DNA from: a virus
Reading direction: 5' to 3' (one strand)
Virus record (IMG/VR): IMGVR_UViG_3300035182_000347
Coordinates: 5,433-69,432 of that record
Length of the DNA stretch: 64,000 nucleotides
Shown here: positions 7,863 to 16,670 of the stretch, one piece after another
How the letters are laid out: the number at the start of each line of letters is the position of its first letter
Position numbering within the stretch: the stretch's first letter is position 1
Translations under genes and position numbers: made by a program
The notes under the pieces: model-generated
The model's input: only the letters and a program-made list of their open reading frames with translations
What the model was told of the DNA's origin: nothing
Databases searched by the model: none

Positions 7863-7875
7863 CGCAGGAAACGAA

Positions 7876-8184
7876 ATGACAACGCCTATCGCACAAGGTC
7901 CGGATGAAAATGTGGAGCAGGACGCCGCCCGTTACCGCTGGTTGCGTGACCGGATGGAGGTGCTCTACAAAGAAACGATGTCTGGCCGGGAACCCCGCGC
8001 CACGCTGGCTATGCGCATTGGGCATGAATTTCTGGATAGCAAAATGCGCCCGGCCGCTGGGTGGATGGCCACCCTATATTTCGACGAATGCCGAGAGAAG
8101 GTGGACGCTGCAATAGACGATGCCATGAAGATGGCTAACAACCAAGCTAAGTGTCCTGGCTGCAGTTTTCCCGGTCCCGCTTGA
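7876..8184 (+). CDS. hypothetical protein (DAARYRWLR motif, Ead/Ea22-like)
   Basis: DAARYRWLRD...DAAIDDAM is common in phage early genes; runs into site 8. Confidence 0.65.
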   Translation: MTTPIAQGPDENVEQDAARYRWLRDRMEVLYKETMSGREPRATLAMRIGHEFLDSKMRPAAGWMATLYFDECREKVDAAIDDAMKMANNQAKCPGCSFPGPA

Positions 8185-8198
8185 GCGCAGAGTTAGCC
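8133..8198 (-). repeat. attC-like site 8
   Basis: GGCTAAC-aaccaa-GCTAAG...CTT(G)AGC-gcaga-GTTAGCC; cores perfectly complementary. Confidence 0.75.
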
Positions 8199-8207
8199 GC
8201 GACATCC

Positions 8208-8261
8208 ATAAAAACATTTGAGGAAGAATCTTCTTTCGAATCTTTGAATTATACGTATAAT
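8208..8261 (+). promoter_or_regulatory. sigma70-type early promoter, second copy
   Basis: TATAAT at 8256-8261; upstream block 27/28 identical to 5151-5178. Confidence 0.65.
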
Positions 8262-8285
8262 TAAATCGTCAACAACGAACAAGGA

Positions 8286-8525
8286 ATGAAAATGACGTCA
8301 ATGTTCAAAACCCAAGAGCATCCAATGATGGTTGAGGCCACCGCTCATATTTTTACCTTGCTTAACGGTAAGGTTTATGAGTTTGTGAACATAGACGGAA
8401 CAGACCAATTTGCGTTGTCTGGATCGTCCAACTATTACGACGCCGCCCAGTTTGGGCGCGCCAAAGAAAATGCGATCTCCAAGGGGGCAGTGTTCACCGA
8501 ATCTCGCGGCTGGACCTTCAAGTAA
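8286..8525 (+). CDS. hypothetical protein
   Basis: AAGGA SD downstream of promoter. Confidence 0.6.
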   Translation: MKMTSMFKTQEHPMMVEATAHIFTLLNGKVYEFVNIDGTDQFALSGSSNYYDAAQFGRAKENAISKGAVFTESRGWTFK

Positions 8526-8573
8526 GTAAACAACCCGCTCATAGATGGGCGGGAAACAAATCAGGAGAACACT

Positions 8574-8948
8574 ATGACCGCTTATACCCCATACGTCTAT
8601 GGCGCAAGCAGCACGACTTTTGAAGCCGAAAATGCCTGCGAAGTGGCTGAAAAGATTATGCGCTCGAACAGAATGCGAGAGGTGCTTGGCCTAAACGGCC
8701 TAGCAGGATACAACTTGCATGGCTTGAAGCTTGAAAGGGCTGTGATCACCAAGGACGGACTGACTCGTAAGCTGGTCATCCAGTGGCAGGCGATGCAGAC
8801 ACTGCCGCAAGAGCAAAATGGCGAGCATAACTCGATAGAAACCAAGACCGTTTATATGGAGCACGGTATCGACAACACGCCAGAAACAGAATGGCGTTGG
8901 GTGAAGGACGGAAAAGGCAAGCTAAATGCTCAAATTTTCCAATCCTAA
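8574..8948 (+). CDS. hypothetical protein
   Basis: AGGAG SD, 124 aa. Confidence 0.65.
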   Translation: MTAYTPYVYGASSTTFEAENACEVAEKIMRSNRMREVLGLNGLAGYNLHGLKLERAVITKDGLTRKLVIQWQAMQTLPQEQNGEHNSIETKTVYMEHGIDNTPETEWRWVKDGKGKLNAQIFQS

Positions 8949-9198
8949 AATCGGTGGCTCTCGCAATGGCGCAGGCCTGGCAACCGACGCTGCCGGCCTG
9001 AAAACCGCAAAGCACACCGTAACCCTGGACGTAGTGACGGTGGATCGCCTGAAGGAATTGGGTGCGGGAAATCTGTCTCGCGGAATACGACAAGCCGCTC
9101 GGCGACTGGCGGATAAGGCAAAAAGTGAGCCGACCAACCCGATGCAGCCCGCAATGCCAAGCATCGGCTGGCAAAGCAACACAAGGAGAGAACCATGA
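8926..9198 (+). CDS. small DNA-binding protein (GGxRxGAG motif)
   Basis: GGSRNGAG...VTLD...LGAGNLSRGIR. Confidence 0.6.
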   Translation: MLKFSNPKIGGSRNGAGLATDAAGLKTAKHTVTLDVVTVDRLKELGAGNLSRGIRQAARRLADKAKSEPTNPMQPAMPSIGWQSNTRREP

Positions 9199-10016
9199 GT
9201 AAGGTGAACGCATCAGACGTTTCAACCGAAGTCGAGGCTGAAATCGGCCTTCCGGTGTTGGTCGACAACGCCGTGGATTTGGTATTTAGAGGACCGGACG
9301 GGGCCATCGATCAGGCCCTTGCTACAGCCGACCGCTCAGCGGCCATGAACGCAGGCGACCGTTCGAAGGCCACGAACATAGGCGTCCGCTCGGCTGCCGT
9401 GAACATGGGTGACCATTCGGTTGCCATTAACGCAGGCGACCGTTCGACGGCAATAAACACTGGAGACCACTCAGAGGCCATGAACATGGGCTACCAATCG
9501 TCGGCCATGAATATGGGAGAATTTTCTGCGGCCACGAACACGGGAGAACAATCTGTGGCCATGAACATTGGCCGCCACTCAGCGGCCATGAACACGGGCT
9601 ACTGGTCGACGGCCATGAACGCGGGCGAATATTCGGAGGCCACGAACACTGGCAGCTACTCGGCTGCCGTGAACACTGGCGACCAATCGGTTGCCATGAA
9701 CGCAGGCTACCGTTCGACATCCATGAACACGGGGGAATACTCAACGTCCAAGAACGAAGGCGACCAGTCGTTTGCCCTGAACACGGGCTACCACTCGGTA
9801 GCCGAGGTGATGGGCACCGGTTCGGTCGCGGCATCCCTTAGCGCCCAAGGGCGCGCCCGCGCTGCCGCTGGCGGCGCAATCGTCCTCTGCTACCGCGACG
9901 AGATTAGCGGTCGCCTAATCAATATCCGCGCCAGCATAGTTGGCGAAAATGGCGTCAAGCCGGACACCTGGTACGTTCTCGACGCCGCTGGCGGATTTAT
10001 CGAGGTTACCGAATGA
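9195..10016 (+). CDS. 11-aa repeat protein (NTGxxSxAxxx)
   Basis: Roughly 14 tandem 33-nt repeats; C-terminal VGENGVKPDTWY; AAGGAG SD. Confidence 0.8.
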   Translation: MSKVNASDVSTEVEAEIGLPVLVDNAVDLVFRGPDGAIDQALATADRSAAMNAGDRSKATNIGVRSAAVNMGDHSVAINAGDRSTAINTGDHSEAMNMGYQSSAMNMGEFSAATNTGEQSVAMNIGRHSAAMNTGYWSTAMNAGEYSEATNTGSYSAAVNTGDQSVAMNAGYRSTSMNTGEYSTSKNEGDQSFALNTGYHSVAEVMGTGSVAASLSAQGRARAAAGGAIVLCYRDEISGRLINIRASIVGENGVKPDTWYVLDAAGGFIEVTE

Positions 10017-10103
10017 AAACGAACTGCGGGCAGACGACGAAGGCAACGAGCAATGCCAGTCCTATCTGACAGCGGGCCTGATTGAATACGCGGAGGAAGA
10101 GGA

Positions 10104-10469
10104 ATGCCAGTTTCTGAACTGATTGACGATCTACGCGGCCGGATAAACCCGGTATACGCGTCCCAGCCCGGAACAGAAAGCCATGAGCGCAGGCTGTGTG
10201 CCGAGGCACTGGAGGCGCAGCGCGACAGAATCAACGAACTTGAAGGAGCGATAGGCCGCGGCTACCGAATGCTGCTATCTGAGCCTGACACGAAAGGCGC
10301 TCTATTCAAAACCGAGAACATCCTGCGGGAAGCGCTGGAGCTGGCAGCCAAAAACCTGATCTCCGTCAGAGGCCGGCACCATACCGAGCAGGCGTACAAG
10401 CTGCCGCATGAGGCGGTTGAGAAAGTAGGCACCCTGCCGGAGTCGCAACGTAATGCCAAATCGTCGTGA
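10104..10469 (+). CDS. hypothetical protein
   Basis: GAGG SD, 121 aa. Confidence 0.55.
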   Translation: MPVSELIDDLRGRINPVYASQPGTESHERRLCAEALEAQRDRINELEGAIGRGYRMLLSEPDTKGALFKTENILREALELAAKNLISVRGRHHTEQAYKLPHEAVEKVGTLPESQRNAKSS

Positions 10470-10484
10470 GGATACTGTAGCGCC
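10463..10484 (+). promoter_or_regulatory. putative late promoter (variant GTCGTGAG), leaderless
   Basis: GTCGTGAG-GA-TACTGT-6 nt-ATG(10485). Confidence 0.65.
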
Positions 10485-10988
10485 ATGCCAAAAATAGTTA
10501 GATTCGACAAGGATGAAGCCCTTACCGACTGGAAAACCGGGAAATATACGGTACGCGATCTTGCGTCTAAATATAAGGTTTCACCGGGCACAATCCATAA
10601 GCTCGTTGTCGGAGTAGACAAGTCACTAGCCCCTTTAATAAACAAAGCAGTTGAAATAAAACAAGAACTTACAAATTTTAATGAACGGGAGATAAACAGA
10701 TTTGAACAAGAAGTAAGCGAGCGTACAAAACACATTCAATTCTTCACCAGCGCTAACGCACTGATTGCCAAGACGGTCATCAATAAAGTGCAGGCGGATG
10801 GCGATGAAGCCAGCTATCAGGACTTGAATGCAGCGGCCAATGCCATCACCAAGGCCCAAGAGAATGTTCTGGGCAAGCAGCCGGATAGTGTGGTCAATGT
10901 TGGGGTGACGCAGCGGACGGTGATTCAGTCGGCAGATCGGGTGCGCGAGATTCGACAAAAGCTGATAAGGGACATCTGTGGCGAGTAG
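10485..10988 (+). CDS. terS: terminase small subunit
   Basis: N-terminal HTH (TVRDLASKYKVSPGTI); overlaps terL. Confidence 0.75.
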   Translation: MPKIVRFDKDEALTDWKTGKYTVRDLASKYKVSPGTIHKLVVGVDKSLAPLINKAVEIKQELTNFNEREINRFEQEVSERTKHIQFFTSANALIAKTVINKVQADGDEASYQDLNAAANAITKAQENVLGKQPDSVVNVGVTQRTVIQSADRVREIRQKLIRDICGE

Positions 10989-12534
10989 CCTTTCGGAAGA
11001 GGATGAGATTCTGCGGGTAATGCTGCTGGATGACTTCCAGCTATTCGTCGAGTATTTCTTCCGGGCGCAGTACGGCCGGCGCTTTGTGGTGGCCGAGCAT
11101 CATGCGCAGATTACTGAGGCATTGACGCGGGTGGCGGCCGGAGAGTGCAAGAGGCTGATTATCAATATCCCGCCTCGCGCCGGAAAGACTGAGATTGCCG
11201 TCAAGATGTTCGTCGCTTGGTGCCTGGCGCACAATCCGGCGGCGAAGTTCATCCACCTTTCGTACTCCGATGACCTAGCACTGGACAACTCCAGCTCGAT
11301 TCGGGACGTGGTGAAGTCTGCCGAGTATCAGAAGCTCTTTCCGATTGCGCTCAAGGCTGACTCTGACAGCAAAAAGAAGTGGCTGACCAATGAGGCGGGC
11401 GGCATGTACGCGACGGCGGCAGGGGGCGCGATTACCGGATTCGGAGCGGGATTGATGCACCGAATCAGGACGGGAACGGAATGCGCGGCGGATGGATTTG
11501 GCGGCGGAATTTTAATTGACGACGCCTTGAAGCCAGATGATGCGTACTCGGAAACCGTGCGCGGCCGTGTTAATAATCGCTTCAACAACACCATCGCCAG
11601 CCGGGTGAATAGCCCGGATACGCCGATTGTCGTGGTCATGCAGCGGCTGCACGAAAACGACCTGACCGGCTATCTACTGGCCGGTGGAAGTGGCGAGAAA
11701 TGGGAGCACCTGTGCATTCCGGCGATCAATTCGCATGGTGAGTCAATTTGGCCAGACAAGTGGTCGATTGAACGGCTGCGGCAGATGGAAGCGGCAGACC
11801 CTTATACCTTCGCCGGGCAGTACATGCAGGTGCCGTCGCCACTTGAGGGGGGATTATTCAAGCCTGACAACATCGCCATCATTCTGGTATTGCCGGTTGA
11901 GTCAATCGAATGGGTACGCGGTTGGGACTTCGCCAGCACCACGACGGGCGACTGGACGGCGGGCGTAAAGTTGGGCAGATTGCGCGAGGGCCGATTGATT
12001 ATCGGCGATGTGGTGCGCATTCGCGTGGGTCCGGACGAACGCGATGCCGCGCTACTACATACGGCGGCGCGAGATGGCTATGAGTGCAAGCAATCCATCC
12101 CCCAAGACCCTGGGCAAGCCGGCGTAACGCAGGTCAAGTACCTCTTGCGCCAACTGGCCGGGTACAGCGTCAAGTCAAGCCCGGAGACGGGTAACAAGGT
12201 GGTGCGCGCCGAGCCGGTAGCGAGTCAGGTCAATGTCGGCAACGTGATGATGCTCAAGGCCGAGTGGAATTCGGCGTTGATCAACGAAATGCGCATGTTC
12301 CCCAATGGTACATGGGACGATCAGGTCGACGGTCTGAGCCGGGCGTTCGGTCTGCTGATCGGGCGCAACCCGTCAGAGATATTCATCCCTGACACCAGCA
12401 TCAAGGATGTCATTGCGGCGGCTGGGACGTGTGGGCGGTGCGCGTCATTCGGTGATGGCATGTGTAAAGAGAACTTCGGACTACAGGTAGGCGCATCGGA
12501 TATTGGGTGCGGGATGTTCATTGCGGGGTGGTAG
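10978..12534 (+). CDS. terL: terminase large subunit
   Basis: LIINIPPRAGKT Walker A, ILIDD Walker B, VMQRLHE.D, RGWDFA and DDQVD nuclease motifs. Confidence 0.95.
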   Translation: MASSLSEEDEILRVMLLDDFQLFVEYFFRAQYGRRFVVAEHHAQITEALTRVAAGECKRLIINIPPRAGKTEIAVKMFVAWCLAHNPAAKFIHLSYSDDLALDNSSSIRDVVKSAEYQKLFPIALKADSDSKKKWLTNEAGGMYATAAGGAITGFGAGLMHRIRTGTECAADGFGGGILIDDALKPDDAYSETVRGRVNNRFNNTIASRVNSPDTPIVVVMQRLHENDLTGYLLAGGSGEKWEHLCIPAINSHGESIWPDKWSIERLRQMEAADPYTFAGQYMQVPSPLEGGLFKPDNIAIILVLPVESIEWVRGWDFASTTTGDWTAGVKLGRLREGRLIIGDVVRIRVGPDERDAALLHTAARDGYECKQSIPQDPGQAGVTQVKYLLRQLAGYSVKSSPETGNKVVRAEPVASQVNVGNVMMLKAEWNSALINEMRMFPNGTWDDQVDGLSRAFGLLIGRNPSEIFIPDTSIKDVIAAAGTCGRCASFGDGMCKENFGLQVGASDIGCGMFIAGW

Positions 12535-12540
12535 CAGATA

Positions 12541-12562
12541 GTCGTGACGCCACAATAGACGC
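12541..12562 (+). promoter_or_regulatory. putative late promoter, leaderless
   Basis: GTCGTGAC-GC-CACAAT-6 nt-ATG(12563). Confidence 0.8.
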
Positions 12563-14779
12563 ATGAGCTCAGACCTTACCCATTCAGTCGCCTTTAACCA
12601 TTCCGCGCCACAAGATGAGCGCACCTCTGCGCTTGCAGAGCTGCAGAAGGCGGCCATGCCAACACGCGTCATTTCGGCTGAGGTTGTTGCCAAGATGATT
12701 GAGATGGCTGATATGACCAAAGCCATCAGCCAGAATGTCGTCCCGTTCCCTGGCCCAAACCAAGGAAAGCCGGGTATGCAGTCGATTCGGCTGGATGATC
12801 GGCAGCTTGGCCTGCAAGGTGAGTATTGGGAAAAGCCGGCCGCGATGAGCTTTGATGCTCTGCGCGCCATGGTCGATCAGACGCCCGTCCTGAACGCTGT
12901 GGTGATGACGCGGATACGCCAGGTGCAGCGCTTCTGTCGCGTGCAGGAATCCGGCGAAGGCATGGGCTTCACCATCAGACATGTGGACAAAGACCATCAG
13001 ATCAGCGCTAGCGAAAAAGAATCCATAGGCCTACTGAACAAGTTCATGGCGAATTGCGGCTGGGAGTTCAATGCGCGCAATCGGCGCAAGTTGCGGCGCG
13101 ACAACTTCGGAAACATGATGGGCAAACTGGTGCGGGATTCGCTGGTGCTTGACTCCTGCGCCATCGAGACTGAGTTCAAGCGTAACCGCGATGCCGGCAT
13201 GGATGGTATGGCGGCCATTGATGGCTCAACCATCCGTCTGACGGCAGAAGGCGGCTACAGAGGCAATGAGGATATTTTCGCCGTACAGGTGATTCAGGGG
13301 GCCATTCGTACCGCCTACACCTACGACGACCTGATATACGATCCGCGCAATCCACGATCTGACATCCTGGTGGGCGGCTACGGCCTGGGTGAGACGGAAT
13401 TGCTGGTGCGCGTGGTCACTGGCTTCCTCAATGCCATGACGCACAACATCACAGGATTTGACCGGAACGCTATACCAAAAGGAGTCCTGCATCTGTCTGG
13501 AGACTACACGCAAGATGATCTGGTGGCCTTCAGGCGCTACTGGAACAGCATGGTCAAGGGCACGAATAGTCAGTGGTCGGTGCCGGTGCTCATCAGTAAG
13601 GATCAGGAAAGCAAGGCCAGTTTTGAGAAGTTTGGTGTGGATTACGACGAGATGCATTTCTCGAAGTGGATGACCTTCCTGGCCAGCTTGATATGTGCCA
13701 TCTACGGCATGAGTCCGGCTGAAATCAACTTCGATGCCTTCTCGGGCGGTAATTCATCGCCTCTTAGTGGCTCAGATACCGCCGAAAAGCTGGCCGACTC
13801 GAAAGACAAGGGCCTGCGGCCTCTGCTGAGCTACTTCGAGAATCTATTCACCGACTACGTAGCCAATGACTTCAGCGACAAGTACGTGTTCCGCTGGACC
13901 GGGCTGGATGACAAAGATGTCGAGACCAAGGAAAAGCGCGCCGGCTTGATTTTGACGCTGAACGAAATGCGCGCCCAGGAGGGGTATGACGCAATCGAAG
14001 GCGACCTGGGCGATGCGCCATTGAATCCATCGCTGATTGGCCCATGGCTGCAGATGCAGCAACAAGCCCAGCAACCGGATACCGGAACCCCGCCAGAAGA
14101 CGGGCAAGGCGGCGACGATCCGCCCGAAGGCTTTGGTGGTGGCGATGGTGGCGGCGACTTCGGCCAGAAACCGGATGGCGATGATGATCAAGCTCAGGAC
14201 GGCGCTCCAACCAATGAAGACAGCGAAGAAGAAGCCTTTGGCAAGGCCATCAAGCCGACCGGGAACCCCGGCGTTGGCCTTGATGATGATGTGTTCTTCG
14301 ACCACGACGAGCATGGCCCAACGTCCGGAAAGGTAGTAGCCGTCGGCAAGGACGGATTCACCGTCAATCATGAGCTTACCGGGAAGACCGGTGTGCTGTG
14401 GGACAAGTTCCTAGGCCACAAGAAGCGAGCCGAGCGCAGGCTGATCCCAGTCATGCAAGGCGAGGACGGCATGATTGCCCGCGATGCAGCCACCGGCAAG
14501 CGGACATTCCTTGCTGGCGAACTGCCAGACGACGGGCAAGACGAAGAGATTGTCGGCGAACACATGCAGAAGGCGATGCAGATCATGGCCAGCAGCCAGT
14601 CAGACAAGGTTGATGCCGTGGCGGCGCTGGTTGAACGCATGGCTGAACAGTCACCAGACATTCAGGGTTTGGTTGATGGCCTGGGCGCTGTGATACAGAA
14701 GGCCATGGCCGACTCCGCAAACCAGCACGCCGGGCAACTCTCCGCGCTGGCGATTGCGGTTGAAAAACTAGCTCAGTAA
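12563..14779 (+). CDS. portal protein with long C-terminal extension
   Basis: Follows terL; IDGSTIR, YGLGE.E, PKGVL, SKDKGLRPLL, LTLNEMR resemble Twort/K-type portals. Confidence 0.9.
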   Translation: MSSDLTHSVAFNHSAPQDERTSALAELQKAAMPTRVISAEVVAKMIEMADMTKAISQNVVPFPGPNQGKPGMQSIRLDDRQLGLQGEYWEKPAAMSFDALRAMVDQTPVLNAVVMTRIRQVQRFCRVQESGEGMGFTIRHVDKDHQISASEKESIGLLNKFMANCGWEFNARNRRKLRRDNFGNMMGKLVRDSLVLDSCAIETEFKRNRDAGMDGMAAIDGSTIRLTAEGGYRGNEDIFAVQVIQGAIRTAYTYDDLIYDPRNPRSDILVGGYGLGETELLVRVVTGFLNAMTHNITGFDRNAIPKGVLHLSGDYTQDDLVAFRRYWNSMVKGTNSQWSVPVLISKDQESKASFEKFGVDYDEMHFSKWMTFLASLICAIYGMSPAEINFDAFSGGNSSPLSGSDTAEKLADSKDKGLRPLLSYFENLFTDYVANDFSDKYVFRWTGLDDKDVETKEKRAGLILTLNEMRAQEGYDAIEGDLGDAPLNPSLIGPWLQMQQQAQQPDTGTPPEDGQGGDDPPEGFGGGDGGGDFGQKPDGDDDQAQDGAPTNEDSEEEAFGKAIKPTGNPGVGLDDDVFFDHDEHGPTSGKVVAVGKDGFTVNHELTGKTGVLWDKFLGHKKRAERRLIPVMQGEDGMIARDAATGKRTFLAGELPDDGQDEEIVGEHMQKAMQIMASSQSDKVDAVAALVERMAEQSPDIQGLVDGLGAVIQKAMADSANQHAGQLSALAIAVEKLAQ

Positions 14780-14870
14780 GAGCCTTCTGGCGACGGAATA
14801 GTGAAGGCTTTCGCGGCGGAGATTAAAAACGCAAACACCTTAAACGCAGCAATCAAAAAGGAGTAAAGAC

Positions 14871-15254
14871 ATGCCTAAATGGGTACATTCTGACGTATTG
14901 GATGGTGGTTTGAATGCCATCAAGACAGTTGCGATAAAAATGATGCTGATCAAAGCCTACACGGCCGGCGACAGCTATACGACGGTCGCCACGACAAACA
15001 AGTTGGCTGAAGTAACGGTTGCTACGGGCGACTTCACCCTATCGAGCAGCGGAAACAATCGACTAATCACTACAGCGACAAAGAGCGCTTCCGCGACGGT
15101 GAGCTCGGGGGCTACACCCGACCTGCATATTGCCTTTACGGATGGCGTATCGAAAGTGCTTTGGGTTACTGACGAAACCTCGGATCAGGTGATCACCAGC
15201 GGCAACACGGTAAACTTCCCTGCGCTGACCTATACCAGCAACCAGCCGACTTGA
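14871..15254 (+). CDS. putative virion structural protein
   Basis: AAGGAG SD; Thr/Ser-rich beta-type sequence. Confidence 0.7.
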   Translation: MPKWVHSDVLDGGLNAIKTVAIKMMLIKAYTAGDSYTTVATTNKLAEVTVATGDFTLSSSGNNRLITTATKSASATVSSGATPDLHIAFTDGVSKVLWVTDETSDQVITSGNTVNFPALTYTSNQPT

Positions 15255-15271
15255 TCTCAGCTGACAACGCC

Positions 15272-15454
15272 ATGAGTCACGCACTGGAATTCACCAGCGA
15301 AACCGACCTAGATGCCGTATTTGTTTGCGCGACCTGCGGACAAATGGTTGGCTTCAATAAATCGGAAACGAGCGATCCGCACGCCGTAAAAGTCGGCGCT
15401 GACTGGACGGCACCTGCAAACCCCGATCAATGGATGTCGCCATGCACGCAATAA
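15272..15454 (+). CDS. small hypothetical protein (CATC)
   Basis: Fills the gap between co-oriented genes. Confidence 0.5.
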   Translation: MSHALEFTSETDLDAVFVCATCGQMVGFNKSETSDPHAVKVGADWTAPANPDQWMSPCTQ

Positions 15455-16662
15455 GCCGAGGCAAGCCAACTCACGCTGACAAGCTAGAACGCTGGCTCGG
15501 CAAGGATCAGGTCGAGCGTATTTCGCGCGAGTTCAAATCCTTCTACTGGCCTGTGCCGGTCAATGGCGTACCGGGCAAGGTGTTCGTCATGCCAGGCGGT
15601 GACTTCGCCGGAGAGATTCAGGCCGGCAGTTTCATGTCAGCGGCGGACGGCGCAGCCATGACCATCAAGAAACTGAAAGCCAAGATTGACGCCAAGGTGC
15701 GCGCAAGCAAGGCGCTGATGACGCTGGCCGACATCCTGCACGCCGAAGATCGGCGCATGTTTTCCGTCGGGGCCTTCGCCTCGATTGACGCCGTGGTCGC
15801 CGCCTATACTGGCGGAAAAGGTCAGTCCGTCATGTTCCAGAAAACCGGCGTTGCCTCGAACGCCATCGGAAACGCCAACGATCTTTGGACGCGGGCAGGC
15901 TTCCCTAGTGCAGGCGCAGCAGGATCGGCAGCACCGGTCGGCAAAGGCTGGTCGAAGAATGACAATGGTGCGTTACCCTACCTCAACACGGCCAGTGTTG
16001 ATGCGAACCACTACTTGAATTGGGCGTTGACCGCCTCCGTAGCCAATAACTCGCTATTGCTCTACGACCGCCTGTTCTCGGTTGCCAAGACCATGAACAG
16101 CACGACGGCCGAAGCGGTAACCGGTGTGCCGTCGCGCTACCAGAATACGTCGAGCAGCGCCGTAGAGTACGCGGGCGGAAACTTCATCACCATCTCCAAC
16201 CCGACAACGGTGCTTGCATCGACGGCGCACAACGTTACGGCGGCTGGTACTGCCGTCTGGAACTACACCAATCAAGTGGGGACGAGCGGCAGGAACCTCA
16301 ACCACAACGGCACGGCCGTTCAGACGCTCGCAGGAGTGTCTGCCTGCGTGGTGGGTGGTATCGACCTTGCAGTGGGCAGTTGGTTCATTCCGTTGGCTGC
16401 TGGTGACAGCGGCATTGCCTCGCTGCAACAGATGCAACTGTCGGCCTCTGTGGCGACCGGAACACTTGACGCTGTGATCGGTCATCCGATTGCCATCAAT
16501 GCCTGCCCGATAGCGAACATTGCCTGCCTGGACGATGGCCTTTATACGGCTATGAACCTGACCACTATTCTTGACGATGCCTGCCTGTCGTTCATCGAAT
16601 TGCCGAAGCCGGCGACCTCGGCCACGAACTATAGCGGCCTGCTGCGTTATGTAAGCGAGTGA
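15442..16662 (+). CDS. putative virion structural protein
   Basis: About 406 aa; LLYDRL motif; Gly/Thr/Ala-rich. Confidence 0.7.
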   Translation: MHAISRGKPTHADKLERWLGKDQVERISREFKSFYWPVPVNGVPGKVFVMPGGDFAGEIQAGSFMSAADGAAMTIKKLKAKIDAKVRASKALMTLADILHAEDRRMFSVGAFASIDAVVAAYTGGKGQSVMFQKTGVASNAIGNANDLWTRAGFPSAGAAGSAAPVGKGWSKNDNGALPYLNTASVDANHYLNWALTASVANNSLLLYDRLFSVAKTMNSTTAEAVTGVPSRYQNTSSSAVEYAGGNFITISNPTTVLASTAHNVTAAGTAVWNYTNQVGTSGRNLNHNGTAVQTLAGVSACVVGGIDLAVGSWFIPLAAGDSGIASLQQMQLSASVATGTLDAVIGHPIAINACPIANIACLDDGLYTAMNLTTILDDACLSFIELPKPATSATNYSGLLRYVSE

Positions 16663-16670
16663 GGTGACGC

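Noticed and set aside
1722-8198. attC-like hairpins as plain intrinsic terminators or REP elements
   Set aside because: They lack U-tracts, vary in sequence, and keep AAC/GTT cores, an unpaired L-arm base and cross-cassette complementarity.
9330-9800. 33-nt periodic repeats as a CRISPR array
   Set aside because: Degenerate in-frame coding repeats without unique spacers; no cas genes.
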